Source of the DNA: Myxococcota bacterium
Lineage (GTDB): Bacteria; Myxococcota_A; Bradymonadia; UBA7976; UBA1532
Reading direction: 5' to 3'
DNA length: 64,000 nucleotides
Assembly (NCBI GenBank): GCA_036337435.1
Contig: JAYZEG010000041.1
Span: 102,711-166,710 of the forward strand
The notes beneath the pieces were generated by a model. It was given only the letters and a program-made list of their open reading frames with translations, was not told where the DNA came from and did no database searches. The translations under genes were made by a program, and so were the position numbers. Position 1 is the first letter of the stretch, and every line of letters begins with the position of its first letter. Below, one piece after another: positions 47,188-57,159 of the stretch.

Positions 47188-48876
47188 ATGCAAATGAAGA
47201 TTTGTGTCCGGTGTCATCGGCTTTACACTGCCGACCGAACTCATTGCGATGAAGATGGTGCCAAACTTGTTCTAGACAGGACAAAGGACATCGTTCAGGA
47301 CCGCTATGTACTGGACGAACTGATCGGCACAGGCGGCGGAGGCAGTGCAGTCTGGGCATCGACAGACCTGTTGAACAACACGCGGGTTGCACTGAAAGTG
47401 CTGCCCGGGCGGCGTTTGAACGACTCCAATAGGTTCAGACGCGGTGCGTCTATCGCAGTCGAACTCAATCATCCCAACATTGCCAAGGTGATCGATTTCG
47501 GAACAATGCCTAACGAGGACCAATTTCTCGTAATGGAGCTTTTATACGGTTACGATCTCTATCAGTTGTCACTGGTTCAGCCAATTTCAATTGAGCGATT
47601 GTTCAATATTCTCGATCAGAGTCTCGCTGGCCTCGAATATGCCCATGAACGCGGGGTCGTTCATCGCGATATCAAGATGAGTAATGTATTTGTCGAATCC
47701 TCCATTGACGGTGCCGACGTCGTTAAGCTTCTTGATTTTGGGATTGCCAGATACGTGCCTGGCACATCCAATGAAGGCATTGGTCCTATTACGGGAATTA
47801 ATCAGCTTGTTGGAACGCCCCAATACATGGCCCCAGAACAAGCTAAGTTTTTGTCCTTAGACCACCGAGTTGACCTCTATTCATTGGGCATAATGACTTA
47901 TCGCTTGTTGACCGGACGCTTTCCCTATAACGGAACGGCAAAAGAAATCTTTGAGCAGCATTTAAATTCGCTCTTGCCCACGGTAGCAACTCTCCGCCCC
48001 GAACTTGCCCCTGAGCTTTCTCCTGAAATTGAGAATTGGCTGTCTCTTGCACTGGAGAAAGACCGTGACAGACGTTTTCAAACAGCTGACCAAATGCGCG
48101 ACGCACTCAGGTCTCTTAAGCCCACGGTCATATCTCGGGCAGAGATTACAGCATTGATTGAACAACCGCCGATAACCACGGTATCCCTCGAGATGAACCC
48201 GGATGAAAATCGAAGTTCGATGCCGGTTGGCCGTTGGGCGTCATGGATAGCACTGTGTTTCGTTTTCGCCTGCCTTGTCTTTTCGGCCCACGAGTTGATT
48301 CGTCCCGAAACGAAGTCACCTGGCGTTTCTAGACTGACAGCCGACACGTCATCGAGCGTGGACCTTGATGCGGCTGCTGATGACCTTAAAGGCCAACGTT
48401 TCGTTGAATTATATTCGACACCCGGGGGGGCCGAGGTCCTACAGGGGACGATGTCGCTTGGCAAGACACCTCTCGTTGTCGCTTTAGAACCCGGTCGGCA
48501 TGATTTCATATTCCGCTTGGCAGACTACAAACCGGTCCACGAGACCATCATCATGGGAGCCCGAGACGATAATCTAACTCGGACGATCATCTTCAGGAAG
48601 CGGGTCACCGTCAGGAAAATACCGATTCTCACCCGCTCAAAAAAGGGGACTTCGTCACCAGAAACCTCGCGACGAGCGCAAAACCCAAAGTCGATTGTCA
48701 CCAAAGAAAATCAATCGGGTCGGCTTATTCCCGCTGGTCGGGTAAGACCCGCAGCGGGTTCTCTTCAGCCTGATAAAATCAAAATTCAAATCTTGGATGA
48801 AGTCAGTGAAAGAGAGGTCAAATTGCCTCACCGTCCAATCAATAAAGAACAGCCGGTCATTCAATTACTCGACTGA
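47188..48876 (+). CDS. Membrane Ser/Thr protein kinase with N-terminal Zn-ribbon and extracytoplasmic PEGA domain
   Basis: CVRC...CDEDG; GTGGGG, VALK, HRDIK.SN, DFG, GTPQYMAPE; TM; STPGGAEV...LGKTPL PEGA. Confidence 0.93.
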   Translation: MQMKICVRCHRLYTADRTHCDEDGAKLVLDRTKDIVQDRYVLDELIGTGGGGSAVWASTDLLNNTRVALKVLPGRRLNDSNRFRRGASIAVELNHPNIAKVIDFGTMPNEDQFLVMELLYGYDLYQLSLVQPISIERLFNILDQSLAGLEYAHERGVVHRDIKMSNVFVESSIDGADVVKLLDFGIARYVPGTSNEGIGPITGINQLVGTPQYMAPEQAKFLSLDHRVDLYSLGIMTYRLLTGRFPYNGTAKEIFEQHLNSLLPTVATLRPELAPELSPEIENWLSLALEKDRDRRFQTADQMRDALRSLKPTVISRAEITALIEQPPITTVSLEMNPDENRSSMPVGRWASWIALCFVFACLVFSAHELIRPETKSPGVSRLTADTSSSVDLDAAADDLKGQRFVELYSTPGGAEVLQGTMSLGKTPLVVALEPGRHDFIFRLADYKPVHETIIMGARDDNLTRTIIFRKRVTVRKIPILTRSKKGTSSPETSRRAQNPKSIVTKENQSGRLIPAGRVRPAAGSLQPDKIKIQILDEVSEREVKLPHRPINKEQPVIQLLD

Positions 48877-48994
48877 TCCTGTTGCTCCAGAACGCACGGC
48901 CCAGAAAATAAAGTAACTTAGTATGGATCTTTTACTCATACTTGGTATCACTTCAGAGTGCTTAGCCTCATCCACTAGACAAAGGAAACACCCG

Positions 48995-50167
48995 ATGACC
49001 ATCAAGCCACTCACGATCCTCACTGAAGACGAGCAGATGTTTCAGGATGCTGTATACCAGTACGCGAAAGACCAGATTGGTCCCAAAGTATCGAAGATGG
49101 ATGAGGTGGGGAAAATTGATCCAGACATCATACCAGGTCTATTTGAAATGGGTCTGATGGGAGTCGAAGTACCCGAGGCACTCGGCGGAGCCGGTGGTAC
49201 CTTTTTCACGGCCATTCTTGCGGTTGAAGCTCTAGCGAGGATCGACCCGAGTGTGTCGGTGTTCGTCGATGTGCAAAACACATTGGTCAATAACGCTCTG
49301 CTCAATTTTGCGAGTCCGGCTCTGCAAGAACGCTACCTGCCTAAAATGTGCGCCGAATGGGTTGGAAGTTATGCATTGTCTGAGAGCAGTTCGGGGTCTG
49401 ACGCTTTCGCCTTGAAGACGCGGGCGACTTTGGATGGCGACACCTATACTTTGAATGGCAGTAAACTTTGGATCACGAACGGTGCTGAGGCGTCGATGTT
49501 TATCGTAATGGCCAACGTTGATCCCACTCAAGGATACCGCGGAATCACCTCGTTTATCGTTGAACGCGATACCCCAGGCTTCAAAATTGGAAAGAAAGAG
49601 GACAAACTGGGTATCCGAGCGTCAAGCACAGTCGAACTCATTTTTGAAGATTGCAAAGTCCCAGCGGCAAACGTCATAGGTGACGTGGGCAAAGGGTACA
49701 AAATTGCTATCGAAACGCTTAATGAGGGACGAATCGGGATTGGCGCGCAAATGATTGGACTCGCCCAGGGTGCTCTTGATCACGCGATGGCCTATATGCT
49801 CGAAAGGCAGCAATTTGGTCGTCCAATCGCCGAGTTTCAAGGATTGGAATTTCAGTATGCGCAAGTCGCTACAGAAATCGAAGCCGCGAGGCTCATGGTC
49901 TACAACGCCGCCCGGCTCAAGGACGCAAAGCAGCCCTTTGTCAAAGAAGCCGCGATGGCAAAATTATTCTCATCTCAAGTTGCTGAGAGGGCGGCGTCCA
50001 TGTGCTTGGAATTCATGGGAGGAGTGGGTTTTACCAAGGAATATCCTGCTGAAAAATTTTATCGAGATGCCAAAATCGGGAAAATATACGAGGGAACATC
50101 GAACATGCAGCTCGCAACGATCGGTAAGCTGATGAGACAATTCTATTCGAGTCGGACAGGTGGCTAA
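48995..50167 (+). CDS. Acyl-CoA dehydrogenase (short/branched-chain-like)
   Basis: YALSESSSGSDA, LNGSKLWITN, KLGIRAS, GRIGIGAQ, RQQFG, IYEGTSN. Confidence 0.95.
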   Translation: MTIKPLTILTEDEQMFQDAVYQYAKDQIGPKVSKMDEVGKIDPDIIPGLFEMGLMGVEVPEALGGAGGTFFTAILAVEALARIDPSVSVFVDVQNTLVNNALLNFASPALQERYLPKMCAEWVGSYALSESSSGSDAFALKTRATLDGDTYTLNGSKLWITNGAEASMFIVMANVDPTQGYRGITSFIVERDTPGFKIGKKEDKLGIRASSTVELIFEDCKVPAANVIGDVGKGYKIAIETLNEGRIGIGAQMIGLAQGALDHAMAYMLERQQFGRPIAEFQGLEFQYAQVATEIEAARLMVYNAARLKDAKQPFVKEAAMAKLFSSQVAERAASMCLEFMGGVGFTKEYPAEKFYRDAKIGKIYEGTSNMQLATIGKLMRQFYSSRTGG

Positions 50168-51551
50168 GTCGGGTCGTGCAGGATGGCGATGCATCATCGC
50201 CGCTTATCTGGTCACCTCATGGGGCCTGACCGCGGCTGCGATGGGGGCCGAGGTCAGCTCAGGTCCGTTGGTCGGCTACAGCACGCATTTTGAAGTCGGT
50301 ATTTGGCTTCAAACGACCAAATCAACCTCGGTTCGGATCAAATATTGGTCCGAGTCAAATCCAACTTCAGTCGCCGTATCTCCTTTCCAAGAAACCGGTA
50401 AAAACCATATCGTCAAGATTCGAATTGCGGACTTAGAACCAGGTCAGAAATATCGGTTCACGGTTGAACTCGGGCGAGACGAAAATAGGGTGTTTAACCC
50501 GCGGTGGCCACTCCGTTTTCAAACTCAGGCATTGTGGCGTCGCTTCAAAAATAGGGCGCCACCAAATTTTGTGGTTGCGCTGGGGTCATGCGCCCACACA
50601 ACCGACACTGAATATGACCCAAAGCCCTATTATAGTGGCGGTTATGAAATCTATGAAGCAATCAGGAAACAGGCACCTGACATGATGCTTTGGTTAGGTG
50701 ATAACGTCTATTTTCGTGCGTCCGATTGGTCATCTCCTGGGGGGATGGCTCGCCGCTATCGACGCTCGCGGAAGCTCCCTCAATTACAGGCCTTACTCGG
50801 GTCGACTCACCATTACGCAATTTGGGACGACCATGATTATGGTCCAAATGACTCTAATCGTTCATTCGTACATAAACAGGCCAGCTTGGATGCATTTAAA
50901 CGGCACTGGTTCAATCCGAGCTATGGGTTGCCAAACGTACCAGGGGTATTCACACAGTTCACCTGGCATGATGTCGACTTTTTTCTACTCGATAATCGAT
51001 ACCATCGCAGTGCCTCTAATGCACCTCGAGAGCCTGAAAAAACACAGTTTGGGAAAGACCAATTTCACTGGCTTGCCGATGCTTTAGCTGCCAGCAAAGC
51101 ACCGTTTAAGGTCGTGGCGGCTGGAGGGCAGTTCTTAAGCCCGTTCGACCGCTACGAGGGATCTGCTCAATTCCCTCACGAACAAAAGCAACTCATCGAC
51201 ATGTTAATTCGCCGAAACGTGAACGGGGTCGTTTTCATTAGCGGCGATCGGCATCACACGGAGCTGGTTAAGATCCATCCACAAGGATTTTACCCGCTTT
51301 ATGACTTCACGGCGTCCCCGTTGACCAGTCGGGGGGCAGCGGCCGACGGTGAATGGGACAGTCCGGTCCGGGTGCCTGGAACGCTGGTCACAAAGAAAAG
51401 AAACTTTGGCATGCTTCGGGTCTCCGGAGCTGCCGAGAGTCGGAGTCTGACATTTGAATCTCGCGATTCGAAAGGCCAACTGCTTTGGACTCACAGCATT
51501 AACGCATCTTCTTTGCGCATCGCGAAATCGAACTCTGGCCGACGCCATTGA
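50160..51551 (+). CDS. phoD: Alkaline phosphatase D family metallophosphatase
   Basis: LGSC, WLGDNVY, IWDDHDYG, LLDNRYHR, FISGDRHH. Confidence 0.92.
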   Translation: MAKSGRAGWRCIIAAYLVTSWGLTAAAMGAEVSSGPLVGYSTHFEVGIWLQTTKSTSVRIKYWSESNPTSVAVSPFQETGKNHIVKIRIADLEPGQKYRFTVELGRDENRVFNPRWPLRFQTQALWRRFKNRAPPNFVVALGSCAHTTDTEYDPKPYYSGGYEIYEAIRKQAPDMMLWLGDNVYFRASDWSSPGGMARRYRRSRKLPQLQALLGSTHHYAIWDDHDYGPNDSNRSFVHKQASLDAFKRHWFNPSYGLPNVPGVFTQFTWHDVDFFLLDNRYHRSASNAPREPEKTQFGKDQFHWLADALAASKAPFKVVAAGGQFLSPFDRYEGSAQFPHEQKQLIDMLIRRNVNGVVFISGDRHHTELVKIHPQGFYPLYDFTASPLTSRGAAADGEWDSPVRVPGTLVTKKRNFGMLRVSGAAESRSLTFESRDSKGQLLWTHSINASSLRIAKSNSGRRH

Positions 51552-52423
51552 GAACTTTTCGGACGATAATCTATACTGGCATTTGTATCGGTGTCTTTTA
51601 CGCCTGTGGAGCAAACCCAGCGTCATCAAACCGATATGATGACGACTTCAATGAAGCCGTTTTTCAGTCTTTACCAGCACTCCAAATGTATCTTGTTTTA
51701 ACGGCGAACTCGGCTGCTATGCAAAATAAGGCCGATGTCACTGATATGTGGACTGCGGTTCACGCTGAACGTGATGAGTTTTCATTCGTAGCAGACCATC
51801 TCAGAAAGACGACTGTGCCATCCGACTATCGGATTGATATTGAATTAGATTTTGCGGAAATGCCACATCGTCTACTGCCTTGGAGTCGGCTCGACCCCAT
51901 GCTCACGAAGTTGGGGTCTGAAGTGATGTCGCAAGCTCACCAGGCAAAGCTCGCTGTTTCCTTTAGAAGCCGAAGCCAGACCTTGCCATCAAACAATCAC
52001 CTTCGAATCGTGGGTGCGGCCGTGCTCAGGACTGCCGAACGGTACAACGGAGTTGTTCTGGACCTGTTGACGAGGCGTGCATATACGCCAGCTTCATTTC
52101 GTAGAGCCCTCAACCAAGATTCGGACACGCTTGGTGAAAGCATAGTCACGAAGCGTCGGGTCTCTGATCAGCACTTCGTTCTATTATCCCGAGGGCAGAT
52201 TAAATTAGGCCTTCCAGATTTTGTTATCGGGCCTTTCGCAACCCATCGAGCCAGGACCTCTCAAGACCTCATTGCGCAAGTGCGCTCAGACTTAAGAGCA
52301 GATCGCGCCGATTACGGCAGGGTGATCATATATAAGGGCGAAAAGTGGACCTATTCGCGCTGTCCAAATTGGAATTACGACGGTGAGTGTCGATACTTGA
52401 TGGGCAGTGTTAAGCCAGAATAG
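51548..52423 (+). CDS. Hypothetical lipoprotein
   Basis: Lipobox-like FYAC; overlaps the phoD stop; SRGQIKLGLPDF motif. Confidence 0.6.
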   Translation: MRTFRTIIYTGICIGVFYACGANPASSNRYDDDFNEAVFQSLPALQMYLVLTANSAAMQNKADVTDMWTAVHAERDEFSFVADHLRKTTVPSDYRIDIELDFAEMPHRLLPWSRLDPMLTKLGSEVMSQAHQAKLAVSFRSRSQTLPSNNHLRIVGAAVLRTAERYNGVVLDLLTRRAYTPASFRRALNQDSDTLGESIVTKRRVSDQHFVLLSRGQIKLGLPDFVIGPFATHRARTSQDLIAQVRSDLRADRADYGRVIIYKGEKWTYSRCPNWNYDGECRYLMGSVKPE

Positions 52424-52437
52424 GGCGTGAGATGGGT

Positions 52438-52716
52438 TTAGTCCTCATCGAAAACTGATTCTGTTGCATCCTCGAACTCGGCGAAGTCACCCTCTACAGT
52501 CACCGTATCATCCTCGTTATCGTCGAATGAAGCCTCTTCGAAGGCCGCTTGCAACTCATCATCGGCAGACTCAGTCAGGGTTCGTGAGTCGTCATCTTTC
52601 GTTGGTTTTGCCAGGCGGTCAACGAAGAAGGGAATGGCCTTCATTTCAAGTGCTGTATCACCAATTTCTTTTGGCGGACGGCCGATAGGTTGCTTCGATT
52701 TATCTTTCTTGCTCAC
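52438..52716 (-). CDS. Small protein with basic N-terminus and acidic C-terminus
   Basis: 92-aa ORF filling the gap downstream of the GFA gene; strongly biased, protein-like composition. Confidence 0.6.
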   Translation of the reverse strand: MSKKDKSKQPIGRPPKEIGDTALEMKAIPFFVDRLAKPTKDDDSRTLTESADDELQAAFEEASFDDNEDDTVTVEGDFAEFEDATESVFDED

Positions 52717-52751
52717 ATCCTGATGATACCGAGCCTGCTCGCATTAGCAAG

Positions 52752-53135
52752 TTAGTGGGATTTCGAACGCAATTGGTGGATTTCTTTCTCCCAATTACGG
52801 CCATCAAATTTGATGGTGTCGAGTTGGTCAAGTCCGCCGTCAGCGACGCATCTGAGATTTATGCTGACAGAGTCGGGATGGGAGCGAGGATAGTAGTACG
52901 ACTTAACGCCGCATATTTCACAGAACAGGTGGTTCGCTGTCTCTGTATTGAAGCGATAGCTTCTCAGGACATTTGAGCCCTTGAGAAGCACGAAGTCAGA
53001 CTGAGGCACGATGCAGTGGACAAATCCACTCATGGTGCAGATGGAACAATTGCATTCAATTACATGTTTCGATGGTACAAATTCGAACTGAACAGCACCA
53101 CAATGACAGCCACCTTTTAAGAATGTCTTCTGCAT
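52752..53135 (-). CDS. GFA/CENP-V family protein
   Basis: GGCHCGAV, CNCSIC, HLFCEICG. Confidence 0.93.
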   Translation of the reverse strand: MQKTFLKGGCHCGAVQFEFVPSKHVIECNCSICTMSGFVHCIVPQSDFVLLKGSNVLRSYRFNTETANHLFCEICGVKSYYYPRSHPDSVSINLRCVADGGLDQLDTIKFDGRNWEKEIHQLRSKSH

Positions 53136-53223
53136 AACTTTTCCGAAAACGAACAAAAATTAGACCGAAACTTACTTGGGATACGTAGGAGGTTCTACAT
53201 CATAACTACGGAGCATTAGAATC

Positions 53224-54627
53224 ATGTTGTTTTTTCGTTTTTTATGTCTTTCAGCGTTGCTGTCATTAGGTTGTCAAGTCAGTAGCTCTCGCGCTGATAG
53301 TCGTATCCAAAAGCCAGCCAACATGGCCATTGCCGCTGGACAAACCGTCAGTCAGGGCGCGGTTAAAGCAACCGTCTTGCCCCAGTTTAGTTCGCGGCAC
53401 CCATCGCAAACGAACGATGTCAATATTCTCGTACAATTGGCTGCTGCTCCGTCAATCACTCGTGAACGGCCTCCACTCGATTTAGCCATTGTATTAGATC
53501 GCAGTGGCAGTATGCGAGGACAGAAACTCACTGATTCCAAATTGGCCGCCATTAAGCTGATCGATGGCCTCAGAGCAAGTGACCGGGTTACGCTCATCTC
53601 CTACTCGTCTAGCGTGTCTCGAAGCGAGGCATTTGTGATGAATAAAGTGGGTAAAGAGCAGGTGAAAAGACTGGTGAATGCCATTTCCGCTGGTGGATCT
53701 ACCGCTCTCGGGCCAGCACTTTTTTCGGCCTTTGACACGCTGGGTGAGGCCGGCAACGAGTCGCGCGTTCGACATGTCATCTTGATGTCTGACGGAATTG
53801 CTAATGTGGGTGAAATGAATCCGAGTGTGATCGGCCAACGGGCCGCAGATGCGTTTCGGCGTGGCATCAGTGTGAGTACGATGGGTGTGGGCCTCGATTA
53901 CAATGAAGATCTCATGACCCAAGTGGCTGACCAAGGAGGTGGGCGCTACCACTTCATTGAGAACAGTCAAAATATTGCATCGATTCTGGCAGATGAACTC
54001 AATGGCGTTGCCGGCACTGTTGCACGCAATGTGAGACTGGTTTTTGCTGGTCAGACAGGGGTTCAGTTAATCAAAGCATTCGGCTATCCCATGGTCGACC
54101 GTGGACGAGAGAGTTCCATTCGGATTGGATTTATGACAGGTCGTCAGAACCGAGAAGTTATGCTGAGATTGAAACTGCCAAAAGGGTTGGTTGGCGATGC
54201 CAAACCGGGCCACTTTTTGCTTGGTGGACTCAGACTTGAATACGATGATCTGAATGCAGACGGGCTCCATGTACAATTAAAAGAGACCATCACAGTCGGT
54301 CACGCCAGCAGTAGAGACGCTGCGCTCAAGACGGAAAACCCGCTGGTTTCAATTCGTCTGAGTGAACTTGAGGCAGCGAAGAAACTGAAGATTGCCGCCG
54401 CGATGACCGAGGCCGGTAATTTTGAGGGTGCTCAGAAGACAATAACCCAGGCCCTTCGTTCTGTGTCCCACCAGAAGAGCCTTAGCCCGAGCCCGCGTTT
54501 GAATAACCAGATGGAAGAGCTGGAAAACGCGATGCTCGACCTGGGCCAGGCTCGAAAAAGCCGGTCTGCACAGAAACGGTATTCTAAAAAATACAAGTCA
54601 CGCGCTTACAAGTCGTCCAAGCGTTAA
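53224..54627 (+). CDS. VWA-domain lipoprotein (YfbK-like)
   Basis: Lipobox SLGC; VLDRSGSM MIDAS, GGST, LMSDG.ANVG, GVGLDYNEDLM. Confidence 0.92.
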   Translation: MLFFRFLCLSALLSLGCQVSSSRADSRIQKPANMAIAAGQTVSQGAVKATVLPQFSSRHPSQTNDVNILVQLAAAPSITRERPPLDLAIVLDRSGSMRGQKLTDSKLAAIKLIDGLRASDRVTLISYSSSVSRSEAFVMNKVGKEQVKRLVNAISAGGSTALGPALFSAFDTLGEAGNESRVRHVILMSDGIANVGEMNPSVIGQRAADAFRRGISVSTMGVGLDYNEDLMTQVADQGGGRYHFIENSQNIASILADELNGVAGTVARNVRLVFAGQTGVQLIKAFGYPMVDRGRESSIRIGFMTGRQNREVMLRLKLPKGLVGDAKPGHFLLGGLRLEYDDLNADGLHVQLKETITVGHASSRDAALKTENPLVSIRLSELEAAKKLKIAAAMTEAGNFEGAQKTITQALRSVSHQKSLSPSPRLNNQMEELENAMLDLGQARKSRSAQKRYSKKYKSRAYKSSKR

Positions 54628-54648
54628 TTTGTATTTAAGCCGCCGAGT

Positions 54649-56529
54649 TTACTCTGATAACTCGGCGGCTTTGTCGAGCCATAGCTCGCTTTGCTTGACG
54701 CTCAACTCCGTGCTCTGGCCCCTAAGAATGAGGTAACCCAGTTTGAGGTTATGAACATTCGAACCGAGTAATTGTCCTTCGGATGACCAATTGAGAGCCT
54801 GGCGGGTCGCTCTGAGTTCGTCTGGAATGGGTAATGTCTGCCCCGCTTGCATCTTTGCTCCAACCGATAGTGCCTGGAGTGATGCGTTTACGTGTCCGAG
54901 CGCGTAGTACGCACGAGCACGCTCATTACTTAAAAAAGCAAGAACCTTTGCAGAGATTGGATCGTTGGCTGCTTCCGAACTCCACCAGCCTCTCATCGTC
55001 TCCTGAAACAGTGGGAGCCGGTCATCGACGAATTTGCAATCCTGCCCCATCGCAATCCCAAATTGAGCAACACATGGTCTCATACCCACCAAAGGGGCCG
55101 CATTAATTGACTCAGCAAAGAAAGGACGTGTTTGGTTTGCCAAAAGAAAACGTCGCAGTCGAATGCCTGGACCGGGGGCCGCAAGCGGTACAGGCTTCAG
55201 GTCTGGATGTTGCTCGAAAAGCTGATTCCAGTACCATCGGCTCGACGCGAAACCAATATTTACAACGACAACATCCGGTCGAATCTGGTCGACCTGCTGA
55301 CGATACATGATGGGAAAGACAAGATGGTCGGTCTCCGCGAGCAATATGGCGTTTTCCGGCAATGACTGGAGCCAGCGCGTTGCCAAATCGACTGCGAGAT
55401 CATTATCAGATCGATCGGGTAAGACCCGCCCGTTCATTAGTGGAGGTACGGCGAGTAGTATCAAGCACATAGGCAGCACGAAGTCTCGCTGAACGCGATT
55501 AAAGAGACAAACGGCGCCAAAGCCCATGACCCAAAGTGACGGGACGAGATAGGCACTGAAGTCTGGGACGTCCGGGTAATATTGGCCGTAGCTGAAGGAA
55601 AATACGGATCCAGCGAGGAGAATCGGTCCCCATAGAAACGTGGTTCTACGCAATTGCTGTGTTGCTCCCAATCCGATCATACCGACCACGATGAAAGCCA
55701 AGAACCCATGGGTGTGAGACCAAATTAACCAGTCTCCTGCATGTTCGGGAATTGACGCCCAGGAGGTATGGTCAGTATGCGCGTAATCTTGCCCAGTAAG
55801 GTAGTGCCATAGACCCTCAGTGCTCTTCAGATCACCCCAGACAAATCGACTGGATGTATTACGAACCCAAAACAGATAGGTATAGGGCAGTAGACCTGTC
55901 ATGGAGCCAGCGACCGCTGCAGCGATGGTCCAAATCACTTTTCGGATGCCTGTCTTTAAAAGTGCACCTAACGACAAGAGCCCGGCACCGGCAGCCGTAG
56001 CCAGCCCGTGAATGGGATTAATGGTCACGATGAGACCAGCGAGGAGCCCAAGTTTAAACCATTCACCGAACTCATGCTTGCTTCGCTGCTTAACCGATAG
56101 AGCTGTGTTGAGCGTAAACAACATCAGCAAGGTCATCAGGGAATAGAGTTCGATGCGCGTTGCTTGATCCCAAACAGGATAAAGTAGACCGATGGTCAGA
56201 ATTGACACAAGCCTGGTCATGGAAACCGCAATTCCAAATTTTCTTAGAATTCCGTCAGCGGGAAAAGCACATAGTGCAGCACACAATGCCGAAAACAGTG
56301 TCATGCTCGTCAATGGTTCGAACGGCATTAAACTCGTCCAAGCTGCTAACAAGACGGTATACCCGGGTTGTCCTGGAGGATGGCCGAGGCCATATTGAGC
56401 CGCAACAAGTGCCAATTCGCCCGCATCGAAAAACATCAGTCCGCGGCACATGGTGAGACAATAGGCGAACAGCAGTATCAGGAAGGCAGTCAAGCCACTT
56501 TGGTTCCACTCGCGCTTGGCACTATTCAT
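54649..56529 (-). CDS. DUF2723 / TMEM260-like GT-C membrane glycosyltransferase
   Basis: FDAGEL...LGHPPGQPGY, WDQATRIELYSL, WG...T.EG...LTG.DY, D...FP..Y.Q...RPDV. Confidence 0.85.
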   Translation of the reverse strand: MNSAKREWNQSGLTAFLILLFAYCLTMCRGLMFFDAGELALVAAQYGLGHPPGQPGYTVLLAAWTSLMPFEPLTSMTLFSALCAALCAFPADGILRKFGIAVSMTRLVSILTIGLLYPVWDQATRIELYSLMTLLMLFTLNTALSVKQRSKHEFGEWFKLGLLAGLIVTINPIHGLATAAGAGLLSLGALLKTGIRKVIWTIAAAVAGSMTGLLPYTYLFWVRNTSSRFVWGDLKSTEGLWHYLTGQDYAHTDHTSWASIPEHAGDWLIWSHTHGFLAFIVVGMIGLGATQQLRRTTFLWGPILLAGSVFSFSYGQYYPDVPDFSAYLVPSLWVMGFGAVCLFNRVQRDFVLPMCLILLAVPPLMNGRVLPDRSDNDLAVDLATRWLQSLPENAILLAETDHLVFPIMYRQQVDQIRPDVVVVNIGFASSRWYWNQLFEQHPDLKPVPLAAPGPGIRLRRFLLANQTRPFFAESINAAPLVGMRPCVAQFGIAMGQDCKFVDDRLPLFQETMRGWWSSEAANDPISAKVLAFLSNERARAYYALGHVNASLQALSVGAKMQAGQTLPIPDELRATRQALNWSSEGQLLGSNVHNLKLGYLILRGQSTELSVKQSELWLDKAAELSE

Positions 56530-56537
56530 CGAACTGT

Positions 56538-57056
56538 TTAATCGCGCTTCCGGAGTACGCGGCCTGGGTTGCCTGCAACGATTGTGAAATCGGGGACCGA
56601 CTTTGTGACCACAGTGCCCGCACCAATTTGCACACCTTGCCCGATCGATACGCCAGGAAGGACAATGCTTCCCACCCCGATATCACTCCCAGCCCCGATA
56701 TGAATGGGCGCAAATTCGAGCGATGCATCGAGAATTAATTGAGGCTTTGGCGGGATGCTATGGCTAGAGGTCAGCATCTGGACGCCCGGTCCAATGCCCA
56801 CATCTGATTCGATCGTAATCCCCCCAGCCCCATGCATGAAAACGTTTTGTCCAATCCAAACATTGTCGCCTATTTCTATGTGTCCCGAAGGGTAGCCTTT
56901 GATCATCGACCGATGGCCTACGTAGACATTTTGACCTAATGAAATGGTCTCGGGGTGCCAGATAAGGACATCGCGTTCGAAGATGACGCTGTCTCCAATC
57001 GACTTAAAATCATCGAGTGCGAAACGACCATCGCCATGGGTTCTAAACTGCCTCAT
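56538..57056 (-). CDS. Hexapeptide-repeat acyltransferase (maltose O-acetyltransferase-like)
   Basis: IGDNVWIG, TSSH, LPGVSIG, IGAGTVVTK, VAGNPGR. Confidence 0.93.
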   Translation of the reverse strand: MRQFRTHGDGRFALDDFKSIGDSVIFERDVLIWHPETISLGQNVYVGHRSMIKGYPSGHIEIGDNVWIGQNVFMHGAGGITIESDVGIGPGVQMLTSSHSIPPKPQLILDASLEFAPIHIGAGSDIGVGSIVLPGVSIGQGVQIGAGTVVTKSVPDFTIVAGNPGRVLRKRD

Positions 57057-57159
57057 GCCAGTATGGTGTCACGGTGCAGGTTCAGGAGCAAACTCATCTT
57101 TTGAGTCGAAGGGTCTTTGTGCTATCAACTGCCCCTCAAACCGGATACTGTCTGCGCCG

